From the NCBI GenBank assembly GCA_963700255.1, contig CAVOWW010000023.1:128403-192402 (forward strand): a stretch of DNA of 64,000 nucleotides, written 5' to 3'. The notes beneath the pieces were generated by a model that worked only from the letters and a program-made list of their open reading frames with translations, had not been told where the DNA came from and searched no databases. How positions within the stretch are numbered: the first letter of the stretch is position 1; the number at the start of each line of letters is the position of its first letter. Of this stretch, positions 29,949 to 40,037 are shown one piece after another. The translations under genes and the position numbers were made by a program. The DNA is from an uncultured bacterium (GTDB taxonomy: Bacteria; Actinomycetota; Actinomycetes; S36-B12).

Positions 29949-31101
29949 TCAGCGCAGGACACGGGCGATCAGGTCCTCCCACTCGTCGATGACGAGGTCG
30001 GCACGGAACCGGCGACACGGCGGCCCGGGCGCGTCCCCCGAGCGCGGCCCGCAGGTCCGCGTCGGACATGAGCTCGTCGAGTGCGTCCGCCAGGGCGGGG
30101 GCGTCCGCCCGAGGCACGACGCGCCCGGCGCTGCCGTCCTCGGTCAGCAGCCGCACGCCCGCCGAGCAGTCGGTGGCCACGCACGGCAGCCCGAGCGCCA
30201 TCGCCTCCGCCAGAGCCAGCGGCAGTCCCTCCGTCAGCGACGGCAGTGCGAGCAGGCTCGACCGGCGCAGCTCGGCCTCGGCATCGGAGACCGGCGGGAC
30301 GAGGTCGACCCTGTCCCCGCCCGCGGGCAGGGCCGCCACCTGCGCGCGCACGGCCTTCTCCTCCGGACCTGACCCCACGATCCGCAGCCGCCAGTCGGGG
30401 TGGCGCTCGGCGACGAGTCCCCACGCCTCGACGAGGAAGCGCGGCCCCTTCTCCTGCGACAGCCGGCCCAGGTAGGTCACCGTGCGATGGCCACCCGTCG
30501 GGTCAGCCGGCTCGGCGGGCCAGAAGGCCAGCGGGTTCGCCTGCCAGGCGGTGTTGTTCAGGCCGTCGCGCCGGAACCGCTCGGCGTCCTCGGGGGTGAG
30601 CAGGGTGAACAGGTCGACGTCGCGGTACAGCTCGAGGGCCCTCGGCAGGTCGCGCCCGGCGGCAGCCGCCTCGTACGACGAGTGGTACTGGCCGATCACG
30701 GCCCAGTCCGCGTGCGGCACGTCGGCCAGGTGCTCCATGGCCCACAGCTGCGATGTCACGACGATCCCGGGCGGGCCGTCGGCGAGGACCTCGGCCAGCC
30801 GATCGACGGCCGCCTGCCGGAGCGAGGCGCGCTGGGAGATGAGCCGGCGCACCGACGGCCGCAGCCGCGTGCCCAGCCGGGAGTCACGGGGCGGCGCCGG
30901 CCACTCGGCCGGCATCAGGGTGAACCGACGGAACGCGGGCTCAGCGACATACTCGTGGCGAGGCGCATGAGGGGCGACGCCGACGAGGTCGACGGCATAT
31001 CCGCGCAGGCCGAGCTGCTGGGCCACCACATGCACGACACGCTGGGCGCCGCCGAGCTCATCGATGTTGTTCGCCATGATGACGATGCGTGGCCTGCTCA
31101 T
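29949..31101 (-). CDS. GT4 (GT-B) glycosyltransferase; frameshift at ~30010
   Basis: LGGAQRV, LGRLSQEKG, EGLPLALAEAMALGLPCVA; true C-terminus ..DLVIDEWEDLIARVLR* is in the adjacent frame. Confidence 0.88.
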
Positions 31102-33890
31102 CGGGTCTCCACCCGGGCGACCACAGCTTCGACGGAATCCTGGGTTGCCGAGCCGTCGACGGGACCGGCCGCGCGGGATGCCCAGGCGCGCCTCCGGGGG
31201 CCGTGCGCCGCATCCCAGCCGTCAGGATCGCCCAGCCAGCGCCAGACCTCGTCGACGAGCGCGGACTCGCTGAGCACGACCGGACCGGCCTCGTCGGCCC
31301 AGGGGTACAGCCCGCGCGTGCGGTTGGCGAACTCCTCCCGGTCCGGCTGGAACAGGATGACCGGCACGTTCATGGCCGCGGCATCGCCGATGATCGACGA
31401 GTAGTCGGACACGAGCAGGTCGGCAGCGGCCAGGAAGGGCAGGACGTCCTCCTCGTGGGCGAGGTCGCGGACGGACGATCGCAGGCGGGTCGGCACGGGA
31501 CCGGCCTCCCCCGCGGGGCCATGCACCAGCAGGTACGCGCTCCTCCCCATCGTGGCGGCCCACGCATCGAGGTCGAGCAGGTCCGACGTCGCGCCGACCA
31601 GGCGGCGTGACGGGCTCCAGACGATGACGACGCGGTCGGCGGGCAGGTCGAGTCGACGTCGCAGCCCGGAGGGGTCGCCGGCGCGCTCTGCGGCAGGGCG
31701 GTCGACTCGAGGAAGACCCGGATGGATCGTCGGCCCGGAGTAGCCGAACGCGCCTTCGAGGATGCTCGCCGACTCCGGCGACGCGGCGAGCAGCAGACCC
31801 CATTGCCGGGCGCGACGGCGCACCGACGCGATGGCCGCCCGGCTCACGAGGACGCTCGGATCGTCGAGCCCCAGCCGATGGAACGGGACGCCGGTGCCGG
31901 CATTCACCACGAGCGCCCGCGGCCCCGGTCTCGTCAGGGGTGCCGCTGTCCCGTCGCCCACGACGACCGCCGCTCGACCGAGCAGCCAGGCCGACCGCAG
32001 GCTCTGCCGCTCGAGCGCCTCGGCACCCGCGGGCACGCGCCGCGGGTTCGCGCGGTGGATCCACGCCTGGGCGATGTCGGGGTGCGCCAGAGCCAGCCCG
32101 TCCCCGAGAGCTCGCACATTCCCGTCGAAGGATCGTCCCCCATCGGCTTCCAGCACGGCAAGGCGCCTCGACGGAAGTCGGCCACCCAGCCAGGCGAGTG
32201 CAGGGACCAGGGCATCGCGGCGGGCGAGTGAGGTGATCGTGGCGAGTCGCGTCGCGCCCGGCACACCGAACCACCAGTCCCTCAGGGACGCCAGTCGCGT
32301 GCGCACGCGGCCCGACCGTGCGGCCCTCCAGCCGACCGCACCGTTGTCGTAGGGCACCAGCTCGAGGGTGTCGGGGCCGCTCCATCTCCTGCGTCCGGGG
32401 AACGCGAGCGCCGCCTCGCCGACGGCGGACTCAGGGGAGCGAGCGCTGGTCACATTGACGAGCCCGCCTCGGCCGAGGGCCAGTGCGACGGTGCCGCGGT
32501 CCTTCTCCTCCAGTGGCCTCTGCAGTGCGTCGGTCGCACGGCCCTCAGCACGCCACGTCCGCCGGATTCCGTCGTCGCCGGTCCAGACCGCCGGCACCGC
32601 CACAACCGTGCGGTCGCCGCCGATGAGGTAGCGCAGCTCGATCGTCGCCGCCTCTTCCAGCGAGCCGTCGTAGTCGACGGTGCTGCCGCTCGCCGACACG
32701 CGCCCCCCCTCCACCGAAAGCGCGTCGACCCGGTGCAGGTAGCGCCGCTGCGTGAACGGGACGTCGAGGAGCTGGAGGTCGTCGACGTCCAGCCAGTCGT
32801 GCGCGGGGATGCCCGCAGCCGGCTCGCCCCCGTCCAGATGGGAGCAGCCCCACCACTGGCGTCCGTTCCGCTCGACGATCCGCACATCCACGACCGACGC
32901 CCACTTGACGAAGCGCATCGCTGATCTCACGCCCTCCAGATCGCGCAGGAGGAGGTGGTAGATGGCGACCCGCAACGCCGGACGGAGCTGCCAGGCGGGC
33001 TGCAGGTTGACCTGCTCGACGTAGGGCACGAGCCGGTCGATCAGCACCGCAGCGGTCTCGTCGTCCACCTCGAGCATGGAGGACAGGTAGAGGTAGAGGT
33101 CGTGGCGCAGGAACTTCAGGTCCTTGACCTGCTGGATCCGGTCGAGTCCGCGCGAGGAGAGGAAGGAATCGATGCGCCGGTTGATCTCGATCCGGCTCTC
33201 GACGTTGCGGGCCTCGTTGCGCCGCTGCGTGATCGACGGCTCCTCGCTCAGGCGGTCGACATGCCAGCGGTAGACGACCTGCGGGATCACCGCCAGACGC
33301 CCCGCGGCCGCCATGGCCTCGAGGGTGAACAGCTGGTCCTCGAACAGCAGTCCTTCGGGGAAGCGCAGCCCGTTGTCCCGGAGCAGGACGGACCGGTAGA
33401 TCTTGTTGACCGAGATGGTGTCGTAGAGCAGGTCGGGGAGGTCGGCGAGCCCGTCCGCCACCCTCAGGCTCGCGTGCACGTCCTCCCGCCAGCGCCGGAC
33501 CCGGCCGGTGCGTGCGTCGACGCGCTCGGCAGTGCCGCACACGACATCCGCCCCGGTGCGCTCGGCGGCCTCGAGGAGGTTCTTGCAGGCGTGGCGCTCG
33601 TACTCGTCGTCGGAGTCGCAGAACATGACCCACGGGGCGGTCGCGAGGTCCATCCCACGGTTGCGGGGCGCGCTGCACCCGCCGGAGTTCTCCGCCAGGC
33701 GCTCGTACCGGATGCGCGGATCGTCCTGCGCCAGCCGTCGCACGACATCATCCGTCGCATCGGTCGACGCATCGTCGACGACGATGATCTCGAGGGACCG
33801 GAGCGTCTGGCGCTGCACCGACCGGATGGCCCGGGGCAGGCGCGCCGCGTCGTTGTAGGAGATGACGACGACGCTGACGTCGGGAGTCAT
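31098..33890 (-). CDS. GT2 glycosyltransferase fused to a TagF-like glycerophosphotransferase domain
   Basis: N-terminal VDDASTD, NSGGCSAPRN, FCDSDD, FEDQLF; C-terminal GLPRVD, ADLLVSDYSSI..D. Confidence 0.85.
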   Translation of the reverse strand: MTPDVSVVVISYNDAARLPRAIRSVQRQTLRSLEIIVVDDASTDATDDVVRRLAQDDPRIRYERLAENSGGCSAPRNRGMDLATAPWVMFCDSDDEYERHACKNLLEAAERTGADVVCGTAERVDARTGRVRRWREDVHASLRVADGLADLPDLLYDTISVNKIYRSVLLRDNGLRFPEGLLFEDQLFTLEAMAAAGRLAVIPQVVYRWHVDRLSEEPSITQRRNEARNVESRIEINRRIDSFLSSRGLDRIQQVKDLKFLRHDLYLYLSSMLEVDDETAAVLIDRLVPYVEQVNLQPAWQLRPALRVAIYHLLLRDLEGVRSAMRFVKWASVVDVRIVERNGRQWWGCSHLDGGEPAAGIPAHDWLDVDDLQLLDVPFTQRRYLHRVDALSVEGGRVSASGSTVDYDGSLEEAATIELRYLIGGDRTVVAVPAVWTGDDGIRRTWRAEGRATDALQRPLEEKDRGTVALALGRGGLVNVTSARSPESAVGEAALAFPGRRRWSGPDTLELVPYDNGAVGWRAARSGRVRTRLASLRDWWFGVPGATRLATITSLARRDALVPALAWLGGRLPSRRLAVLEADGGRSFDGNVRALGDGLALAHPDIAQAWIHRANPRRVPAGAEALERQSLRSAWLLGRAAVVVGDGTAAPLTRPGPRALVVNAGTGVPFHRLGLDDPSVLVSRAAIASVRRRARQWGLLLAASPESASILEGAFGYSGPTIHPGLPRVDRPAAERAGDPSGLRRRLDLPADRVVIVWSPSRRLVGATSDLLDLDAWAATMGRSAYLLVHGPAGEAGPVPTRLRSSVRDLAHEEDVLPFLAAADLLVSDYSSIIGDAAAMNVPVILFQPDREEFANRTRGLYPWADEAGPVVLSESALVDEVWRWLGDPDGWDAAHGPRRRAWASRAAGPVDGSATQDSVEAVVARVETR

Positions 33891-34825
33891 CGTCGGCCTC
33901 GGAGCTCCAGCGCCCGCTCGACAAGCACGGCGGCGCGGGCGTCGAAGCTGTGGTCGCGGGCGACGCGGGCAGCAAGGGCCAGTCGGTCCTCGCGACTGGG
34001 GAACTGGGCGTCGCGGTCACCGGACAGGGCCGCCACGAGGTCCGCGGAGTCCGCGTAGGTGCGCACGCCGCCCCCGAACACTGCGGCCAGCCCGGTCGCG
34101 TCGTCCGTGAGGATCCGGCTCCCGCAGGCAGCCGCGTCGAACAGCCTGTTCGACAGGAAGCCCTCGGCCGCCATGTCCGGCCAGTGGTCGTTCAGCACGA
34201 CTCCCGCGCCCGCGTACGCCGCCGGCAGGTCGCCGTTGGCGATGAACTCACCCCGGATCTGCCCTGGCTGCAGGAAGTGCTCCCAGCCCACGCCGTACAC
34301 GGCCAGGTCCAGGCCCGCCTCCACGGCGTAGCGGACGGCTGGGCGGTACTCGGCGCGGGTCGACCCGACGAAGAGCATCGGCTCGCCGGAGTCGGGCTCG
34401 GCGGCATCGGGACGGAACCGGTGCGGATTGGTGGCCTGGAGCAGGGGCGTCACGGGGACACCGAACTCGTCAGAGGCACCGCGGGACCAGTGCTCGCTGG
34501 CGGCGAAGACGGCGTCGTACTGGGACGGCTCGTCGGTCTCGACGAGCTCGGGGTGGCTGATCACCCAGAGCATCCACGTGGCGTTGCCGCGACGGGGCAC
34601 GGTCCGGCGCAGGCCGCGGAGGACGACGACCACGTCGTCGTACTCCCTGGCCTCGGTGGTCGCGCCCCCGCGGAACACGACGCGGGCGCTCTGGCCCGCC
34701 CTCGTCAGTGCATCGACGAGATCGGCCGCGAACCAGGTGTCACCCCACTGCTCCCCCGCCGCACCCTTGGGTGCGGCGACGACGACCGCCCACGTCATCG
34801 GCTTCGCTTCTCGTCGCCTGAACAC
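33887..34825 (-). CDS. CgeB-like GT-B glycosyltransferase
   Basis: WGDTWFA, LWVISHP, FVGSTR, VVLNDHWPDM..GFLSNRLFDAAACG. Confidence 0.8.
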   Translation of the reverse strand: MFRRREAKPMTWAVVVAAPKGAAGEQWGDTWFAADLVDALTRAGQSARVVFRGGATTEAREYDDVVVVLRGLRRTVPRRGNATWMLWVISHPELVETDEPSQYDAVFAASEHWSRGASDEFGVPVTPLLQATNPHRFRPDAAEPDSGEPMLFVGSTRAEYRPAVRYAVEAGLDLAVYGVGWEHFLQPGQIRGEFIANGDLPAAYAGAGVVLNDHWPDMAAEGFLSNRLFDAAACGSRILTDDATGLAAVFGGGVRTYADSADLVAALSGDRDAQFPSREDRLALAARVARDHSFDARAAVLVERALELRGRR

Positions 34826-34826
34826 G

Positions 34827-35852
34827 TCAGACCTCGTCCACGGGGCTCGACCGCTCGGATCGCGGGATGCCGCGCAGGAAGCCCAGGCCCCAGGATCCGT
34901 GCATCGTCGCGTACACGAGTGGCAGCCGGACGGCGGCGGCGCCGTCGAGCCGAGGCGGCGTCATGGCGCTCTGCGCACTGGCGGCAAGGGTGAGCGCGGC
35001 GTAGCCGACCGGGGCCGCCAGTCCGAGGGCGGCCAGCCCCGGCTGCCTGCTGACGGCACCGGCGGCGGCCACCGCGAGGCCCGCCGCGACTCCCATGACC
35101 GCGACGGGAGCGGCCAGGTACCGAGCCGACAGTGTCTCGGGATGGCGCCGGCTCACCTCGCGACGCCACCGTCCGTAGTCGTGGTACTGCCGGGCCAGCG
35201 CCTTGAGGGTGTGCCGCGGCCGGTAGGTGACGTGCATGTCGGGCGTGAACCAGACGACTCCCCCGGTCTGCCGGATGCGCAGGTTCATCTCCCAGTCCTG
35301 AGCCCGCACCATGGACTCGTCGTAGCCGCCGACGCGCTCCAGGGCGGCCCGGCGGAAGCAGCCGAGGTAGACCGTGAGGGCGGGGCCGGGCTCGCCCCCC
35401 ACGTGGAAGGCGGCCCCGCCGACGCCGAAGCGGGAGGTCATCGCGCGGGCGACGGCCCGCTCGAAGTCGTTCGTCCCCTCGGCCGCCATGATGCCGCCCA
35501 CGTTGTCGGCGCCTGTCTCCTGCAGGGTTGTCACGCCCGTGCGCACATAGTCCGGCGGCACCATCGCGTGCCCGTCGATGCGGACGACGACATCGCCCTC
35601 ACCGCCGGCGATGGCGGCGTTCAGGCCGGACGGTGTGCGTCCTGTCGGGTTGTCGACGACGTGCACATGGTCGTTGGCCGCTGCCAGCGACCGGGCCACC
35701 GCCATGGTGCCGTCCCGGGAGGGTCCGACCGCGATGACGATGTCGAGGTCACCGGGGTAGTCCTGCCCGAGGAGTCGTTGCACTGAGTCCAGGAGATGCC
35801 GCTCCTCGTTGACCACCGTCATGATGATGGACACGTGCGGCCAGGTCGTCAC
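34827..35852 (-). CDS. GT2 glycosyltransferase (ExoA-like)
   Basis: GTG 35852 overlaps the upstream stop; SIIMTVVNEE, VRIDGHA, VYLGCFRR..GGYDE..RAQDWEMN. Confidence 0.9.
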   Translation of the reverse strand: MTTWPHVSIIMTVVNEERHLLDSVQRLLGQDYPGDLDIVIAVGPSRDGTMAVARSLAAANDHVHVVDNPTGRTPSGLNAAIAGGEGDVVVRIDGHAMVPPDYVRTGVTTLQETGADNVGGIMAAEGTNDFERAVARAMTSRFGVGGAAFHVGGEPGPALTVYLGCFRRAALERVGGYDESMVRAQDWEMNLRIRQTGGVVWFTPDMHVTYRPRHTLKALARQYHDYGRWRREVSRRHPETLSARYLAAPVAVMGVAAGLAVAAAGAVSRQPGLAALGLAAPVGYAALTLAASAQSAMTPPRLDGAAAVRLPLVYATMHGSWGLGFLRGIPRSERSSPVDEV

Positions 35853-37462
35853 GGCGCGTCCTCCGTGCCGAACGCGTGATGGCGGATCAGGCCGGCGTGC
35901 GTGGCGGTCGTCTTGGTGAGGAAGTGCTCGTCGCGCACGGATGCGGTGTGACCAGCGGAATGCCGCACGTACACGTAGCCGATGCCGTGCGTGCGGTACA
36001 CGAGCCCGCCGTCCGCGAGAAGACGGTCGAGCAGGGCTCGATCGACGCTCTTGGGCACAGGCCGCCACCCGCCCACAGCCGCCAGATCAGCACGCGAGAT
36101 GAGCATCGTTCCGCCAGCCACGAAGTCGGCGTACTTCTCGGCCGCGTACGTCGGCCGGAACACAGTCGTGTCCTGCGACTCGAGGTAGACCCAGTCCAGC
36201 GCCTTGCCGACGATCTGCGCTCCCGAGTACTGGCGCGCGAGCACGAGGTCCCACACGTGGTCCGGTCCGTAGTGGTCGTCGTCGTCCATCTTCGTGATGA
36301 GCGCACCCTCGGCCCGGTCGCTGCACGCCTGGAGGGCCTCCCCCAGCGTGCGGCTGCCATCGACCGCCACCACGGTCACCGGGAAGGGCGCGTCCTGGGC
36401 CAGCTCCCACACGCGTGCCGCATCGACGCGGCCGCCATGCGCCCCCACCACGATCTCCAGACGCGGATACCGCAGTCTCGAGACCTGGCGGAAGGCGTGC
36501 TCGAGGTGATCGGGACGATGGGTGACGAGCACGACGCTGACCGTCGGCCATGCGTCCAGTGCCGCGGCTGGCCCGTACTGCCGAAGGGCATGACGTCGCG
36601 CATCGACGGAGGCCACCTGCCAGCCGAGATGGTCGTCGGCATCGGGCAGTGCCTGCGCGTCCTCGGCCAGCACCACCCCGCAGGCGTTGAGCTGATGGGC
36701 GACAGCCGGTGGCAGCGCGTCGCCGACGACGGCGCCCACGCCGCGCAGGGCCGTCACCTCCGCTGCGCCGACGGACCCCGTGAAGACGACGCGTGCATCA
36801 GCGAGCGCGATGCTGACGGTGCCGTCCGCGACCGTCGCAGCCCCCACCGCGGTGGCGCCCACGGCTCGGCGCCCCACGGGGCGATGGACGGTGGGATCGA
36901 CGTCGACGTCGAAGGCATGGCCGTCCCTCGTCCACGTCTCGGCGGACATGTGCACCGTCGCCCGGCGCTCTGGCCATCGGTCGGAGTCGATGTCGGGAAC
37001 GAGGAGGACGTCGCAGCGACGAACGTGCGCATCGCGGGTCTCGTCGGCCAGGAGCACGTCGTGCAGCTGGCCCGCCAGCGACGCGGCCGCCGCGGGCAGT
37101 CCCGGGGCGAAGGTCAGCAGCGGTCCGAGGTCGCCGGACGGGACTGGGCGCAGGCACCGGACCGCGGCCGCGAGAACGAGGGCCGCGTCGGCCGGCTCGA
37201 GGAGCCCCAGCCTGAGTCGGACGCCGGTGCCCTTGGGCTCCACCCCGAGCTCTCGAATGCCGGGCAGTCGCGGACTGCCGATCCAGCCGGGAGCCGGCGG
37301 GCGCCACCTGTCGACGGTCAGGTCGAGCTGGATGATCGATCCGCTCGAGACGCTGCAGACGGCAAGCCGCTGGAGGTCGTGCAGGCGATCGGCCCGCACG
37401 TCCCACGCCGACCCGCCCTGACGGACGCGCACGCGGGCACCCGGGAGCTGCGGCACGGTCAC
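35849..37462 (-). CDS. Glycosyltransferase with a C-terminal GT2-like domain
   Basis: SVVLVTHRP, TKMDDDDHYG, VAGGTM, SVDRAL; start set at GTG 7 nt after TACAGT. Confidence 0.75.
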   Translation of the reverse strand: MTVPQLPGARVRVRQGGSAWDVRADRLHDLQRLAVCSVSSGSIIQLDLTVDRWRPPAPGWIGSPRLPGIRELGVEPKGTGVRLRLGLLEPADAALVLAAAVRCLRPVPSGDLGPLLTFAPGLPAAAASLAGQLHDVLLADETRDAHVRRCDVLLVPDIDSDRWPERRATVHMSAETWTRDGHAFDVDVDPTVHRPVGRRAVGATAVGAATVADGTVSIALADARVVFTGSVGAAEVTALRGVGAVVGDALPPAVAHQLNACGVVLAEDAQALPDADDHLGWQVASVDARRHALRQYGPAAALDAWPTVSVVLVTHRPDHLEHAFRQVSRLRYPRLEIVVGAHGGRVDAARVWELAQDAPFPVTVVAVDGSRTLGEALQACSDRAEGALITKMDDDDHYGPDHVWDLVLARQYSGAQIVGKALDWVYLESQDTTVFRPTYAAEKYADFVAGGTMLISRADLAAVGGWRPVPKSVDRALLDRLLADGGLVYRTHGIGYVYVRHSAGHTASVRDEHFLTKTTATHAGLIRHHAFGTEDAP

Positions 37463-37527
37463 ACGCAGCACTGTATTGGGTGCCGAGCCCCCGACCCGTC
37501 AGGTCACGACCGCCCAGGCGGCCGGAC

Positions 37528-38691
37528 CTACTTCAGGACCTGCTTGGCCATGACGATGCGCTGGACCTGGTTGGTGCCCTCGTAGATCTGGGTGATCTTG
37601 GCGTCGCGCATCATCCGCTCGACCGGCCAGTCCTTGGTGTAGCCCGCACCGCCGAGGGCCTGCACCGCATCGGTGGTCACCTCCATGGCGACGTCGGAGG
37701 CGAACGCCTTCGCAGCCGCGCCGAAGAAGGTGAGATCGGCGTCCCCGCGCTCGCTCTTCGCAGCGGCGACATAGACCAGCTGCCTGGCCGCCTCGAGCTT
37801 CATCGCCATGTCGGCGATCATGAACTGAATGCCCTGGAACGACGCGACCGGCTTGCCGAACTGGTGGCGGTCCTTCACGTAGGCGGCGGCAACGTCGAGG
37901 GCGCCCTGCGCGATGCCGACCGCCTGCGCACCGATCGTCACGCGCGTGTGGTCGAGCGTTCGCATAGCGGTCTGGAATCCCGTCCCGACCTCTCCGACGA
38001 CCCGATCGCCCGGGATCCAGCAGTTGTCGAACAGGATCTCGCGGGTGGGAGACCCGTGGATGCCGAGCTTGCGCTCAGGTGTCCCGAGGGAGAAGCCCTC
38101 GTCGTCCGCATGCACGACGAACGCGGAGATGCCTCCGCGCGGGCCCTTCTCGGGGTCGGTGACAGCCATCACCGTGTAGTACTTCGAGATGCCCGCGTTG
38201 CTGATCCAGCTCTTCTGGCCGTTGAGCACCCAGCCGTCGTCCTTGGCGACCGCCCGGGCCTTCATCGACGCTGCGTCGCTGCCCGCCTCGCGCTCGCTCA
38301 GGGCGTACGAGAACATCGCCTCGCCGCTGGCCACCTGCGGGAGGTACGTCTTCAGCAGGGTCTCGTCCGCCGCGACCAGCAGCGGCATCGTGCCCAGCTT
38401 GTTGACCGCCGGGATGAGCGAGCTCGACGCGCACCCGCGCGCGACCTCCTCGATCACCAGGCAGGCGGCAAGCGCGTCGCCGCCCTCGCCGCCGTACTCC
38501 TCGGGGATGTGGATCGCGTGGAAGCCGGACGCCCGCAGGGCCTCGTAGACGTCCCAGGGGAACTCCCCGGTCTCGTCCACCTCGGCCGCGCGCGGCGTCA
38601 CCTTGGCGGCCACGAGGTCGCGCACGGCCTCGCGGAGCGCCTCGTGCTCCTCGGTCAGAGTGAATTGTTGGAAGTCCTTGTTTCCGGCCAC
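37528..38691 (-). CDS. Acyl-CoA dehydrogenase (FadE25-like)
   Basis: YALSEREAGSD, NGQKSWISN, KLGIHGSPT, FGKPV..FQG, RDAKITQIYEGTNQ. Confidence 0.95.
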   Translation of the reverse strand: MAGNKDFQQFTLTEEHEALREAVRDLVAAKVTPRAAEVDETGEFPWDVYEALRASGFHAIHIPEEYGGEGGDALAACLVIEEVARGCASSSLIPAVNKLGTMPLLVAADETLLKTYLPQVASGEAMFSYALSEREAGSDAASMKARAVAKDDGWVLNGQKSWISNAGISKYYTVMAVTDPEKGPRGGISAFVVHADDEGFSLGTPERKLGIHGSPTREILFDNCWIPGDRVVGEVGTGFQTAMRTLDHTRVTIGAQAVGIAQGALDVAAAYVKDRHQFGKPVASFQGIQFMIADMAMKLEAARQLVYVAAAKSERGDADLTFFGAAAKAFASDVAMEVTTDAVQALGGAGYTKDWPVERMMRDAKITQIYEGTNQVQRIVMAKQVLK

Positions 38692-38717
38692 GGACGACAG
38701 ACTACTAGCCTGTCCGG
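38692..38717. promoter_or_regulatory. Back-to-back leaderless-type promoters for the acyl-CoA dehydrogenase and ugd
   Basis: TAGTCT (- strand, 38704-38699) and TAGCCT (+ strand, 38706-38711), 7 and 6 nt before their start codons. Confidence 0.7.
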
Positions 38718-40037
38718 ATGCCACCTCGTCTGTCCGTCATCGGCACCGGCTACCTCGGTGCCACGCACGCCGCCTGCATGGCTGAGCTCGGCTTCGAGGT
38801 GATCGGGCTCGACGTCGACCCCGCCAAGGTGGAGCTGCTGCGGTCGGGCCGGGTCCCGTTCTACGAGCCCGGTCTCGACGAGGTCCTCGCCCGCAACATC
38901 GAGGCTGGCCGCGTCCGCTTCACGACCTCGTTCGAGGAGGTGGCTGCGTTCGCCGACGTGCACTTCATCTGCGTCGGCACGCCGCAGACGGCCGGGGCCC
39001 AGAAGGCCGACATGTCGCAGGTGTTCGGCTCGGTCACGTCGCTGGCGCCCCATCTCCGACCCGGCGCCCTTGTCGTGGGCAAGTCGACCGTGCCGGTGGG
39101 CACGGCCGCCGAGCTCGCCGACCTGCTGGCCACGACCGCCGCCGACGGCGTCGAGGTCGCCTGGAACCCCGAGTTCCTGCGCGAGGGCTTCGCCGTCGAG
39201 GACACCCTCCATCCAGATCGCCTCGTCGTGGGCGTCCGATCGCAGAGCGCGGAGGACCGCCTGCGCGAGGTGTACGCGCCGATCATCGCCGAGGGCGTGC
39301 CGTTCCTCGTCACGGACTTCCCGACGGCCGAGCTCGTCAAGGTCGCCGCCAACTCCTTCCTCGCCACCAAGATCTCGTTCATCAACGCCATGGCCGAGGT
39401 GTGCGAGGCGGCCGGAGCCGACGTCACCCAGCTGGCCACCGCCATCGGCTACGACCCGCGGATCGGCAGCCGCTTCCTCGCTGCCGGCCTCGGCTTCGGT
39501 GGCGGGTGCCTGCCCAAGGACATCCGCGCCTTCATGGCTCGCGCCGGCGAGCTGGGGGCGGAGGACGCGGTGGCGTTCCTGCGCGAGGTCGACCAGATCA
39601 ACCTGCGCCGCCGTGCAGCGACCGTCGACCTCGCCCGGGACGCCATCGGCGGCGACTTCCGCGGCCGGCGGATCACGGTCCTCGGCGCGACGTTCAAGCC
39701 GGACAGTGACGACGTCCGCGACTCGCCCTCGCTCGACGTCGCCGTGGCGATGAGCAACGCCGGCGCGGACGTCGTCGTCCACGACCCCAAGGGCCTCGCG
39801 AACGCCAAGCGCGTCTACCCGCACATGACCTACATGGACGACCTCCGCGAGGCGCTCTCCGGCGCGCAGCTGGTCGTGCTGGGCACCGAATGGCGCGAGT
39901 ATCGCGAGCTCGACCCCGCCACCCTCGGCGACCTCGTGGCCGACCGGCACGTCATCGACGCGCGCAACGCGCTCGATCCGGCCGCGTGGCGCGACGCCGG
40001 GTGGTCGTACCGGGCGCTGGGCCGGCCGACGGCATGA
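38718..40037 (+). CDS. ugd: UDP-glucose/GDP-mannose dehydrogenase
   Basis: VIGTGYLG, KSTVPVGT, NPEFLREG, GFGGGCLPKD, FKPDSDDVRDSP. Confidence 0.93.
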   Translation: MPPRLSVIGTGYLGATHAACMAELGFEVIGLDVDPAKVELLRSGRVPFYEPGLDEVLARNIEAGRVRFTTSFEEVAAFADVHFICVGTPQTAGAQKADMSQVFGSVTSLAPHLRPGALVVGKSTVPVGTAAELADLLATTAADGVEVAWNPEFLREGFAVEDTLHPDRLVVGVRSQSAEDRLREVYAPIIAEGVPFLVTDFPTAELVKVAANSFLATKISFINAMAEVCEAAGADVTQLATAIGYDPRIGSRFLAAGLGFGGGCLPKDIRAFMARAGELGAEDAVAFLREVDQINLRRRAATVDLARDAIGGDFRGRRITVLGATFKPDSDDVRDSPSLDVAVAMSNAGADVVVHDPKGLANAKRVYPHMTYMDDLREALSGAQLVVLGTEWREYRELDPATLGDLVADRHVIDARNALDPAAWRDAGWSYRALGRPTA

